From assembly GCF_018336915.1 (NCBI RefSeq), contig NZ_CP064924.1, forward strand, positions 180,001 through 212,000: a stretch of DNA of 32,000 nucleotides, written 5' to 3'. Source of the stretch: Acaryochloris marina S15. Its GTDB lineage: Bacteria; Cyanobacteriota; Cyanobacteriia; Thermosynechococcales; Thermosynechococcaceae. This document shows positions 16,828-24,892 of the stretch, piece after piece; the first letter of the stretch is position 1, and every line of letters starts with the position of its first letter. The position numbers and the translations under genes are program-made. The notes below the pieces were generated by a model, which did no database searches, was not told the DNA's origin, and worked only from the letters and a program-made list of their open reading frames with translations.

Positions 16828-17150
16828 AGGTCTGTAGAGCAGACCAGAGAAACTTGCAGGAAAGCTTGGAGTGGTGCTAGTTTGAGGGCAGATTCAAGAG
16901 GTTCTGAAGGGTCGCTGAGGCTCCCACACCCATCACCACTCCGAGGCACCGTTACGGAAATATCCAAGATCGGGCTGACCCTAAATTTTCGTAGTACATT
17001 CAGAAACATTTTCGTAACACCACGTAGTACAACCGTAGTTATTTTGTAACTTCACTCTGTAGTACCCCGTCACATCCCTGTAGTTTTTTCTGAAGCGATC
17101 ACGTTTGGGATCGTCTGATTTTGTTTGCAATTTTTTTCGCAGGTTTTCCC

Positions 17151-17393
17151 ATGCTTAAAACTTTCCTGCTCAGACTTTGGCAACCAGTCATTCATTTTTT
17201 CGGTCGTTCCCAAGCTGATGATGCAAAAGCAATTGAATTCCAAGAGTTCTATCAGAAGGAGCAGGCAGACCTCGATCTGATATTCGCTGACCCGAAGACC
17301 CTCTCAATGGCTCACCACATCCAAGGGAATCCTGATCTCCGTGAGGCATATCAAGCCGCAGTTCAAGATTGCCTGAAGCATCTGGGCGACTGA
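17151..17393 (+). CDS. Hypothetical 80-aa protein immediately upstream of the relaxase (possible relaxosome accessory factor)
   Basis: The stop lies 15 nt before relaxase ATG 17409. I prefer ATG 17151 over the track's TTG 17121. The functional suggestion rests on position only. Confidence 0.45.
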   Translation: MLKTFLLRLWQPVIHFFGRSQADDAKAIEFQEFYQKEQADLDLIFADPKTLSMAHHIQGNPDLREAYQAAVQDCLKHLGD

Positions 17394-17408
17394 GCCAGAG
17401 GCCCACTC

Positions 17409-20400
17409 ATGAAGACGATGCGGACCATAACGAGTGATTTAGTCTCCTATTACGAGGAAGATGAATCTCTCGTTGATGCTGTGGATCGCTACTATGGTCA
17501 GGCTGAAACAGTTTCTGAAGTGGACCGGATGACAACGGCCATCTGGGCGGGGTCGGCTTCAGTGGTCAAAAAGCTTAGTAAGCAGGTCAAACGTGAGGAT
17601 CTGAAGTCCTTGACGAGGGGCCTTATCCCCGCTTCTGCCAAAGGCATGGCGAAGGGTGCAGCCCAGAGGATTAGAGGCAAGAAACCTAATGCAGAAGACA
17701 GTGAACGTCTCGCCCATGACGTTACTTTGTCTGCGCCCAAAAGTGTGTCGATGGCCTTGCACTTGGAGGGGGATAACCGCTTATTCGATGCCCACATGGA
17801 GGCAGTTCTAGAAACTTTCGAGCTGCTTGAGCGGGAGTATGCCCAGTCTCGGATTCAGGTGAATGGAGTGCGCTCCGTCGTCAACACGGGCAACATGATT
17901 GCGGCATTGATTCCCCATCACACGTCCCGCGATGGCGATATGCAGCTGCACACCCACATGCTGATCATGAATGGGACGGAAGGGCCAGATGGTCAGTGGC
18001 GCTCCCTCTCCCATGAAAAGCTGGCAAAGGCTAAGTGGGTAGGAAGTTTCTACCGTCAGAAGTTAGCGGAGAAGGTGCAACGGCTGGGATATCGGATCTA
18101 TGAAACTAAACATGGGTTTGAGCTAGAGGGCTATAACCGTGCGGATGTCGAGGTCTTTTCCAAACGCCACCGGGCCATCGTCAAGGCGGTGATGGATGAG
18201 GGGCTAGCAGTCACTCCTCAGAATAAGAAGCAAAAGGTATTGACGACTCGCCAAGCCAAGCGGGGAGTGGGTAAAAAGCTGGAGACGATCCAAGACCATT
18301 GGCGAGAGGAAGCCCATTTTCAAGCTGTGGGGCATCCGGTATTGGCTGGACCTTTGGCAATGGTGTCAGATCCAGATAAAGCCAAGGTGGAGGTTGACAG
18401 TGCTATCCGTCATTTTTCTGAATGGTCATCCGTGTTCGAGCAAGATGACATCTATACCTACATCTTCAAGAACATCCGCCCCGAAGGCATGGCAATGGAA
18501 CAGGTTGATGAGGCCATTAGCCAAAGCAAGGAACTGATACCCGTCGATCGGGGATTCACCACAGTCACTGCCGTTGAAGAAGAAGCCCAGATCCATCAAC
18601 ACTGGATGGCAGGCCAAAGCCAAGCACAGCCAATGGTTTCTACCCCCTCCCTTGCAGGAATGGGAGTCAAGCTCAATGATGATCAGGCCAAAGCGGTACT
18701 CGGAACTCTAACGAGTACAGACCGTTATCAAATCTGGCAGGGCTTTCCAGGGGTCGGCAAGTCCAGAAGCTTAGGGGCTTTGAAAACGTTACTCGCTGCC
18801 TCGGGTCTTGTGATTCGGGGTTTTTCACCCACTATCCCCGCAGCGATAAACCTCCAAGATGAACTAGGGATTCCCACTAATACTGTCGAGCATTTAGTCA
18901 GGAGCCAGCCCAAGGCTGCATCCAAACAAGTCTGGCTCATTGATGAGTCTGGCATGATCAGCCGCAAACAGATGCTCAAGATCATGAATCATGCCGAACG
19001 CACGGGCGCTCGATTAGTGTTTGTTGGGGATAAAGGCCAGAACTCTGCCATCACTGCTGGTAGTCCTTTCAGGTTTATGCAACAGAATGGAGCCACGACT
19101 CACCGGATTGAGGAGATTGTTCGACAGAAAAATCCGGTACAGAAGCAAGCGGTTGAACTCATCTCTAATGGTCAAGGAGAAAAGGCTTTAGATCTCCTCA
19201 GTGCGAATGATTATGTGATCGACTTAGGGAGCAGGGGAGCTATCGTCAAAGCGGCAGCGGCCCAGTTCTTGGCTTTACCCCTCGCAGAACAAGACAAGAC
19301 TCTGATTGTCGCTGGGACCAATGAACAACGACTCGCCGCAGAAAAAGAGATTCGTAAGGGGGAAAAAGCAACCGGACGGCTAGGAGAATCTAGCAAAATC
19401 GTTCAGCTCTCCTCTCGGCACATGAGTATTGAGCAAAAACGTCGAGCGGATTGGTATCACCAGGGAGACTATCTCCGCTTGTTGCAAGACTACAAAAGCA
19501 CTGGCCTCACGAGAGGACAGCTCTACAAGGTAGAGAAACGCGAGGGTAAGGAACTGATCGTCTCTTCCTTAGGAGGTAGATTATATCGAGTCAATCCTGC
19601 CAAGTTCAAAGACAAAGAGGTTTACCATGCCCAAGAGTTTGATGTGGCCGTGGGTGACAAGCTCCGATGGACAACTACTATCCGGGAGAACAACTGGATC
19701 AACGGCCAGCAGCTCACGGTCACGGCCCTCGACAGCCTGAATATGTCGGTTGTAGATCGTGAGGGACGCTCTCATGATGTCCCCCTCACTCAACCTTTGG
19801 CCTTGGAATATGACCGAGTATGGACCTCGTATCGCTCCCAGAGTGCCACCAAGAAACGGACGATCATCATTGCAACGAATGACCGCACCTCTAACCAGGA
19901 GCCGTTCTGTGTTGATATTTCCCGCCAAGAAAGTGAACTGACGATCTACACGGAAGACCTTGGAAAACTCAGAGAGCGAGTCCAAGAATCCAATGCCCAA
20001 GAAAATGCTTTAAATCTCATTGAGGAAACCTATGGAAATCAACGAACAACTACAAGCGATCACGACCGCGATGACGGCCATGAGCGAACTTCAGCAACAA
20101 AACCAACAGTTGCTGACACAAAATCAAGAACAGATGACCGCCATTCAGCAGCAAAACCAGGAGCTGTTAGAAGAGAACAGAGAACTCAAGTCCCAGGTCC
20201 GGGAGAGAATCAACACCATCCCGATGGAGGTCAAACACGTTCTCAACACTTTCATCCAGGAATTCAAGGAGGCGATGGCGGCCAAGAAGCCCTCGGACAT
20301 GAGCGAGTCGATCAAGGAACTCGCCAAATCGATGGACAACTTGAAGATGAAAATAGAGGATACCAGCGTCTTGCAGATGACAATGGGCGACAAGGTGTTG

Positions 20401-23006
20401 GAAGCCGCAGAGGAGATCATGAAGGTCAAAAACAAGCTCCCCCGACACGCCCCACCCAAGACGGTCGTTCAACAGAATGGGAGCCAGCCCCCTCAGACTT
20501 AGCTAATTGGGTGATGCAGTGGTCTGAGGAGAATGAGCTATCAGCAAGTGGGTTGGAAAATCACTTGCTAGCCCTTGCTAATGATATAGAGTCACTCAGC
20601 CAAAGTCTGGAACCTGATTCCTTCAATGGTTTAGATGAGTTGGCAGATCTGGTCATTGAAAACCAGTTTGCTGATGCCCTCGCAGATAACCTCGCTCATA
20701 TAAGCCAATCTATCGATCACATTGATCAGGCCATAGAAAAGAACCTCAGCCAGCAGAGGATCGATAGCATTGCAGAGGCCGTGGTGGAGTGGCGAACCGG
20801 GCAGGAGTTAGCTGAGGCCGTTGCTGAAATAGCGGACATCGTTGCTCAATCGGATGGATTAGACCGGGGGATTCTCCGGTTGCTGGCTGGCTTGGAAGCG
20901 ACTCAATCTCTGGATGTAAAATTCCCCGCAATGGCTGAACTGGTCGATGCCGTCCAAGATTGGCAAACTGAGGTGGAGGTTTCCGCTGTCATTAGCGAGG
21001 TGAAGGACTGGGTTGAGAGTCTGACCATACCTCAATTTCCTGACATGGATAACCTGGCTCAGGATGTGCATGACCTCAATGAAGAACAAGCTTTGGCTGA
21101 GAGTGGTTTGGTTGAGCAGTTGGTTAGTCTGACGACTCAGATCAATGAGTTAGTTGAACCTCAGCAGATGGAGTTTGAGGGATTGGATCAGCTGACAGAT
21201 ATGGTGGTGGATCTGCAGCAAGGAGAAGACCTGGCTCTAGTCCAACCCCAGATCCAGGCCATCACCCAACAGATTGAAGCGTTCAACGACAGGCAACCCA
21301 CCTATTCGTTTGCCAAGATTAAGGAGCTGGCCGATACCGTCAATAAGTGGAGGGCACATGAATCCATTGCTCAGCACATTGGCGCACTCAATGATCTAAC
21401 CCTTCGCGCTCAAGGGAGTCTACATGAGTTCCCAGCCATGCAGCAGTTGGCCCAGGAAGTGCAATCCATGCGTGAGATTGACGCCCTTGCCAACGGGCCA
21501 GTCGCAGAACAGCTCCAAGATATTGCTCAGAAGTTGGCAGACAAGGGGATGAGTATCACGCCCAAGCCTAAGAAAATGATCCAGCCCAAGGCTAAGCCTA
21601 AGAGGCTCAAGGATCAGGTGTTTTGGCAACCGGACTATACGGGGGTTGAGCGGCCAGAACGTATTGATGAGAAACATTGGAATGAATGGGTGGATAGCTG
21701 CATTCATCCTGATGTGATCGCCGCTCGGTTGCAATCGATTAAGGGAGAACAGGTGATTGAGCGATTATTAGGGGCCAAGATTGAGGACATCGCCACTCGC
21801 AGAAAGGATGGATCTCTCAAGAAGGTTCGCAGCCAGTACCGGACTAAACCCATTCAATCGTTGATCGATGACCGTTCTCACCCTGATGTACTGAGCTATC
21901 AGGAGTTAGCGGATGGTGGAGGCTGGTGGTGTGATTCGGGGGTTAATCCGCTGTCCTTTGAAACGCTGGGACCGGATGAAAAACCCACCACCAGTCTATA
22001 TGGGACTTTTAAGCCCAACCCTAAAACCGCTCGATTAGATATCGACAAAACTCAGAAAGCAAGGAGAAAAGATCCCCAGGCTCCACCCCGCTATCGCAAG
22101 TACGAAAACCCAATGGGGCCAAAACGCGAACTGTTTGAGCGGGATATGGCATTCCAACCCATCCCTGATCACATTGCTCAGCAGATTCTTACCAAGTATG
22201 GAGTGATGCAAACCCAGGAGGAAAAAGCTAAAGGGTTCTGGTACACGGTGTACCAGCATCCAGAGATTCCCATCTACAGGACTGAAGGAGATAAGAAGGA
22301 TGCGGCATTAGTCTCTCAAGGTCGAGTGGTGATCGGTGGGCAAGGGGTGAATATTGGTTACCGGGCCAAGGACCAAAAAGACAACAGGTTGGAAAGACGG
22401 GTTCTGCATCCTCAGCTAGACGTGTTTGCGGTTCCAGGCAGAGAGTTCAGGTATGCCCATGACTGGGATTCTGAGCAATCTACGGTCTGGGATGTACGTC
22501 GAGAGATGGTTAGAGAGGCTGAGTTAATCGAAGAACAGGGCTGCAAAACATGGCGAATACCGTGGGATTCTGAACAGGGGAAAGGCGTTGATGACCTGAT
22601 TGGTAATCATGGCCCCATCGCCTTTGAGCGGGCAGACCAGAATGCCTATCCAATGGACCGGGAAATCAAGATGCATTACCGGGGGCAGTACACCCAAATC
22701 AAAAACAAATTAAGTCGGGAGAACCCACAGCACAACAATGATATTGCCATCTATCTCATCGCTCAAGGTGAGGGTGATGCAATGGATGGAACCAGAGTGC
22801 TGATGCAGTCTGATGCTGCTAGAGAACTGAAATCACCTGAAGATAAACAACGGTATATCCAGGGAGTGATTCACTTTACCCACTCATACCAGGACGCGCT
22901 ATACAAAGGACGTTCCACAAAAGTGTTTGAGCGCAGATTGTTCCTGCTCCAGCATAAATCTCAACCTACTCAAACTGTGAATCTGGATAAGGAACTGGAG
23001 ATGTGA
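17409..23006 (+). CDS. MOBF (TrwC/TraI-like) relaxase - RecD-like helicase - disordered linker - acidic repeat array - DUF3854/Toprim (CyRepA-like) domain; 1865 aa
   Basis: The relaxase histidine triad reads ALIPHHTSRDGDMQLHTHMLIMNGT. The helicase Walker A is GFPGVGKS and Walker B is VWLIDESGM. The C-terminal WWCDSGVNP...RKYENP...TEGDKKDAALVSQGRVVIGGQGV...HDWDSE...GKGVDDLIGNHG matches the Toprim-like DUF3854 pattern (EGxKKA ... DxD ... KGxDD). Confidence 0.9.
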   Translation: MKTMRTITSDLVSYYEEDESLVDAVDRYYGQAETVSEVDRMTTAIWAGSASVVKKLSKQVKREDLKSLTRGLIPASAKGMAKGAAQRIRGKKPNAEDSERLAHDVTLSAPKSVSMALHLEGDNRLFDAHMEAVLETFELLEREYAQSRIQVNGVRSVVNTGNMIAALIPHHTSRDGDMQLHTHMLIMNGTEGPDGQWRSLSHEKLAKAKWVGSFYRQKLAEKVQRLGYRIYETKHGFELEGYNRADVEVFSKRHRAIVKAVMDEGLAVTPQNKKQKVLTTRQAKRGVGKKLETIQDHWREEAHFQAVGHPVLAGPLAMVSDPDKAKVEVDSAIRHFSEWSSVFEQDDIYTYIFKNIRPEGMAMEQVDEAISQSKELIPVDRGFTTVTAVEEEAQIHQHWMAGQSQAQPMVSTPSLAGMGVKLNDDQAKAVLGTLTSTDRYQIWQGFPGVGKSRSLGALKTLLAASGLVIRGFSPTIPAAINLQDELGIPTNTVEHLVRSQPKAASKQVWLIDESGMISRKQMLKIMNHAERTGARLVFVGDKGQNSAITAGSPFRFMQQNGATTHRIEEIVRQKNPVQKQAVELISNGQGEKALDLLSANDYVIDLGSRGAIVKAAAAQFLALPLAEQDKTLIVAGTNEQRLAAEKEIRKGEKATGRLGESSKIVQLSSRHMSIEQKRRADWYHQGDYLRLLQDYKSTGLTRGQLYKVEKREGKELIVSSLGGRLYRVNPAKFKDKEVYHAQEFDVAVGDKLRWTTTIRENNWINGQQLTVTALDSLNMSVVDREGRSHDVPLTQPLALEYDRVWTSYRSQSATKKRTIIIATNDRTSNQEPFCVDISRQESELTIYTEDLGKLRERVQESNAQENALNLIEETYGNQRTTTSDHDRDDGHERTSATKPTVADTKSRTDDRHSAAKPGAVRREQRTQVPGPGENQHHPDGGQTRSQHFHPGIQGGDGGQEALGHERVDQGTRQIDGQLEDENRGYQRLADDNGRQGVGSRRGDHEGQKQAPPTRPTQDGRSTEWEPAPSDLANWVMQWSEENELSASGLENHLLALANDIESLSQSLEPDSFNGLDELADLVIENQFADALADNLAHISQSIDHIDQAIEKNLSQQRIDSIAEAVVEWRTGQELAEAVAEIADIVAQSDGLDRGILRLLAGLEATQSLDVKFPAMAELVDAVQDWQTEVEVSAVISEVKDWVESLTIPQFPDMDNLAQDVHDLNEEQALAESGLVEQLVSLTTQINELVEPQQMEFEGLDQLTDMVVDLQQGEDLALVQPQIQAITQQIEAFNDRQPTYSFAKIKELADTVNKWRAHESIAQHIGALNDLTLRAQGSLHEFPAMQQLAQEVQSMREIDALANGPVAEQLQDIAQKLADKGMSITPKPKKMIQPKAKPKRLKDQVFWQPDYTGVERPERIDEKHWNEWVDSCIHPDVIAARLQSIKGEQVIERLLGAKIEDIATRRKDGSLKKVRSQYRTKPIQSLIDDRSHPDVLSYQELADGGGWWCDSGVNPLSFETLGPDEKPTTSLYGTFKPNPKTARLDIDKTQKARRKDPQAPPRYRKYENPMGPKRELFERDMAFQPIPDHIAQQILTKYGVMQTQEEKAKGFWYTVYQHPEIPIYRTEGDKKDAALVSQGRVVIGGQGVNIGYRAKDQKDNRLERRVLHPQLDVFAVPGREFRYAHDWDSEQSTVWDVRREMVREAELIEEQGCKTWRIPWDSEQGKGVDDLIGNHGPIAFERADQNAYPMDREIKMHYRGQYTQIKNKLSRENPQHNNDIAIYLIAQGEGDAMDGTRVLMQSDAARELKSPEDKQRYIQGVIHFTHSYQDALYKGRSTKVFERRLFLLQHKSQPTQTVNLDKELEM
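20032..20502 (+). CDS. Embedded +1-frame ORF, 156-aa Q/E-rich coiled-coil protein, entirely inside the relaxase ORF
   Basis: GAGGA (20022-20026) lies 5 nt before ATG 20032. The translation is protein-like and the codon usage matches neighbouring genes, whereas the relaxase frame here is R/G/D/Q/H-rich with A-ending codons. See the corresponding finding. Confidence 0.55.
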   Translation: MEINEQLQAITTAMTAMSELQQQNQQLLTQNQEQMTAIQQQNQELLEENRELKSQVRERINTIPMEVKHVLNTFIQEFKEAMAAKKPSDMSESIKELAKSMDNLKMKIEDTSVLQMTMGDKVLEAAEEIMKVKNKLPRHAPPKTVVQQNGSQPPQT

Positions 23007-23018
23007 TCGGCAGGATAG

Positions 23019-24032
23019 CTAGAGGCTTTGACCTTGATCATGATTTGGGGCTTGCGTTCCCTGCTTCAAATCTAGACTTTCAGTGGTCAGGCTTTTCATC
23101 CGGGCACCTCTAACGACTATAGCCGCTGCCCGTACACCTTTTTCCTGTCCTTGCTCAGCCACAATTCCTCGAATAGTTGGATCATGCTTTAGCAACATTG
23201 ATTCAACCTTAGACTTGGCATACCCTGCCTTCAGTGCATTCTGGGCAACGAGGCCCGCCCCAATTAAGCCTGGCTGATCAACTTTAGATGAGAACTCGTT
23301 GTAGAGAGTTTGGCTGTCTTGTTCTTTGGATAGAGGGATATTGCTTGTACTCTGCTGCCGCTCATTCAAAAGTTGTTCTGCACCAAGATGTAGGGAGAGA
23401 ACAACATCCTCACCTTTATTGAAAAGACTCAGAACCTCATCCGTTGCAAAGGATGAACTGTACCGATCTACCAAATGATCTGGCTCCGAGGCAAACTGAT
23501 GAATGGCCTCTATCTGGTCATCCCGTAGTTGTGACCCATAATGATTCACCAGAAATTCAAGATCGTACAGATCCCGAGCCGCTGTTCGATGTTGGGCTGC
23601 TGATAACTTCTGATCAAATTGCTGCTCTATTCGGTAGGTCTTGATACCTGAGATTGTCTCAATGGCTTCAGACTGGGGGCTTTCCCGAAAGCTAGTCTCT
23701 ACCTTGAGTAACCTATCTTGCCCTGTAACCTGATCTAAATAATGAAGCTTGTACCGCTGGACAGTATCCGTATCTTTGACCAACTTTAGTGATTTCAATT
23801 CGATACCATTCACATTCCTAATGGCAGACTCAATTCGACCCTTGAGATTTAGCTTTTTTGTAGAGTCAAAATCTAAGTCCGTAGAATAGCGATCCAGGGC
23901 ACGAGTGAAGATGAGTGCCGCACCTCCCTTGAGGACATAAGGCGTATCACCGACTTGTTGAGCGACTGACCGCATCAAGTCCAAGTGGATGGACTGGGAA
24001 GGGTTTATACGAATTTCACGGTCTGAATCCAT
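23019..24032 (-). CDS. AbiEii/DUF1814-family nucleotidyltransferase (type IV TA / abortive-infection toxin) with a ~110-aa C-terminal extension
   Basis: YVLKGGAALIFTRALDRYSTDLDFDS (NTase GG..R.S.D.DF motif) and ..HRTAARDLYDLEFL.. are the hallmark AbiEii motifs. Residues ~226-337 lie beyond the usual domain. Confidence 0.8.
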   Translation of the reverse strand: MDSDREIRINPSQSIHLDLMRSVAQQVGDTPYVLKGGAALIFTRALDRYSTDLDFDSTKKLNLKGRIESAIRNVNGIELKSLKLVKDTDTVQRYKLHYLDQVTGQDRLLKVETSFRESPQSEAIETISGIKTYRIEQQFDQKLSAAQHRTAARDLYDLEFLVNHYGSQLRDDQIEAIHQFASEPDHLVDRYSSSFATDEVLSLFNKGEDVVLSLHLGAEQLLNERQQSTSNIPLSKEQDSQTLYNEFSSKVDQPGLIGAGLVAQNALKAGYAKSKVESMLLKHDPTIRGIVAEQGQEKGVRAAAIVVRGARMKSLTTESLDLKQGTQAPNHDQGQSL

Positions 24033-24547
24033 TGCTTAAAAATTCTGAGGGGTTCACCTGATAGTTGGATTGCCAAGCGTTCTAAGTACTCTCGTTTGAG
24101 GTGATCAACTTGCTCTTCCGTATCCAGCCAACTATTGATTGCCGCATTGTCTGCAATACTCGGTACTTTGGATTTCTGGAGATCCAGCATCGCTAAGTCT
24201 GCGATAGCCCGATAATGATTGGCGACATATATAGGTTGATCCGAGGGAATGGATAATCCTTCCTGAAACAAAATTGAAGACATATCTCGCACTCCCTGAT
24301 GACCTAGGGAAGGCGTTGTATCAACCTGCTGACCCTTTCCAGCAAGGGGGATGCTCTTTTGAGTTGTTAGGGCATCCGTTTGTTCAAAAAAGTAGGGCTG
24401 AAAATGCCAATCCCCCGTGTCTTCATCTGGGAAACGAAGGTTGAGTGCATGTTTGAACGAGATATACCGCTCCAGGGTCGTCTCAGGAATCGGCACTGGA
24501 CGTAACAGAACTTCTTTTAAATCTTGGGTGGGAGAAAGCTCGTTCAT
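24005..24547 (-). CDS. Hypothetical 180-aa protein, candidate cognate partner (antitoxin position) of the AbiEii-like gene
   Basis: It lies immediately upstream of the NTase gene and overlaps it by 28 nt. I saw no AbiEi-like winged HTH. Confidence 0.5.
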   Translation of the reverse strand: MNELSPTQDLKEVLLRPVPIPETTLERYISFKHALNLRFPDEDTGDWHFQPYFFEQTDALTTQKSIPLAGKGQQVDTTPSLGHQGVRDMSSILFQEGLSIPSDQPIYVANHYRAIADLAMLDLQKSKVPSIADNAAINSWLDTEEQVDHLKREYLERLAIQLSGEPLRIFKQWIQTVKFV

Positions 24548-24594
24548 ACTGCCCCTGGCATTCCTCTAGCTTAATCACAGAATATCAGAGGCAA

Positions 24595-24632
24595 CAAAAG
24601 GGAGCAGCTATCGCAACAGCTTCTCCCTTTTG
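24595..24632 (-). terminator. Probable rho-independent terminator of the coupling-protein operon
   Basis: A perfect 10-bp stem CAAAAGGGAG / CTCCCTTTTG is extended by an inner AGCT/AGCT pairing, with an 8-nt loop. It abuts the stop of the 82-aa ORF. On the minus strand the stem ends in CCCTTTTG followed by TTG. Confidence 0.55.
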
Positions 24633-24881
24633 CTAATCCCGATCACCAAAATCTCTCAAAAATCCTAAAGTTATTCGCCAAGTGCCTTGGAACAAGCTGA
24701 TAACGCAAGCCCATGCCATGATCAATGCACCTACATCCCATGTTCGCTTGAGATAGTCGATAAAAGCATGAAATGCTTCGATCCCTAGATAAACCATTCC
24801 TATCAACAGGATGGGAGGTCCATATTTGCGGATAAAATTACGCAGGGTAGGAAACCTATGTTTTCGGGTGAACTTACGCAT
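24633..24881 (-). CDS. Small membrane protein, 82 aa
   Basis: GGAG lies upstream of ATG 24881. There are two hydrophobic segments (PPILLIGMVYLGIEAF, GALIMAWACVISLF). Confidence 0.55.
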   Translation of the reverse strand: MRKFTRKHRFPTLRNFIRKYGPPILLIGMVYLGIEAFHAFIDYLKRTWDVGALIMAWACVISLFQGTWRITLGFLRDFGDRD

Positions 24882-24892
24882 GATGGCAACTC

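Noticed and set aside
16563-17009. 148-aa minus ORF with repetitive ELTGNLMGT peptides
   Set aside because: The repetition is simply the translation of the 11-bp iteron array. The ORF overlaps the ParM-like gene start and its promoter region.
20145-20472. Two antisense ORFs (104 and 101 aa) inside the relaxase linker, making four of six frames open
   Set aside because: The region is T-poor on the plus strand, roughly 13-15% T by my count of a sample line, which suppresses stops in several frames. The antisense translations are Cys, Ser, Leu and His-rich and not protein-like. This same bias is a caveat for the embedded +1 ORF finding.
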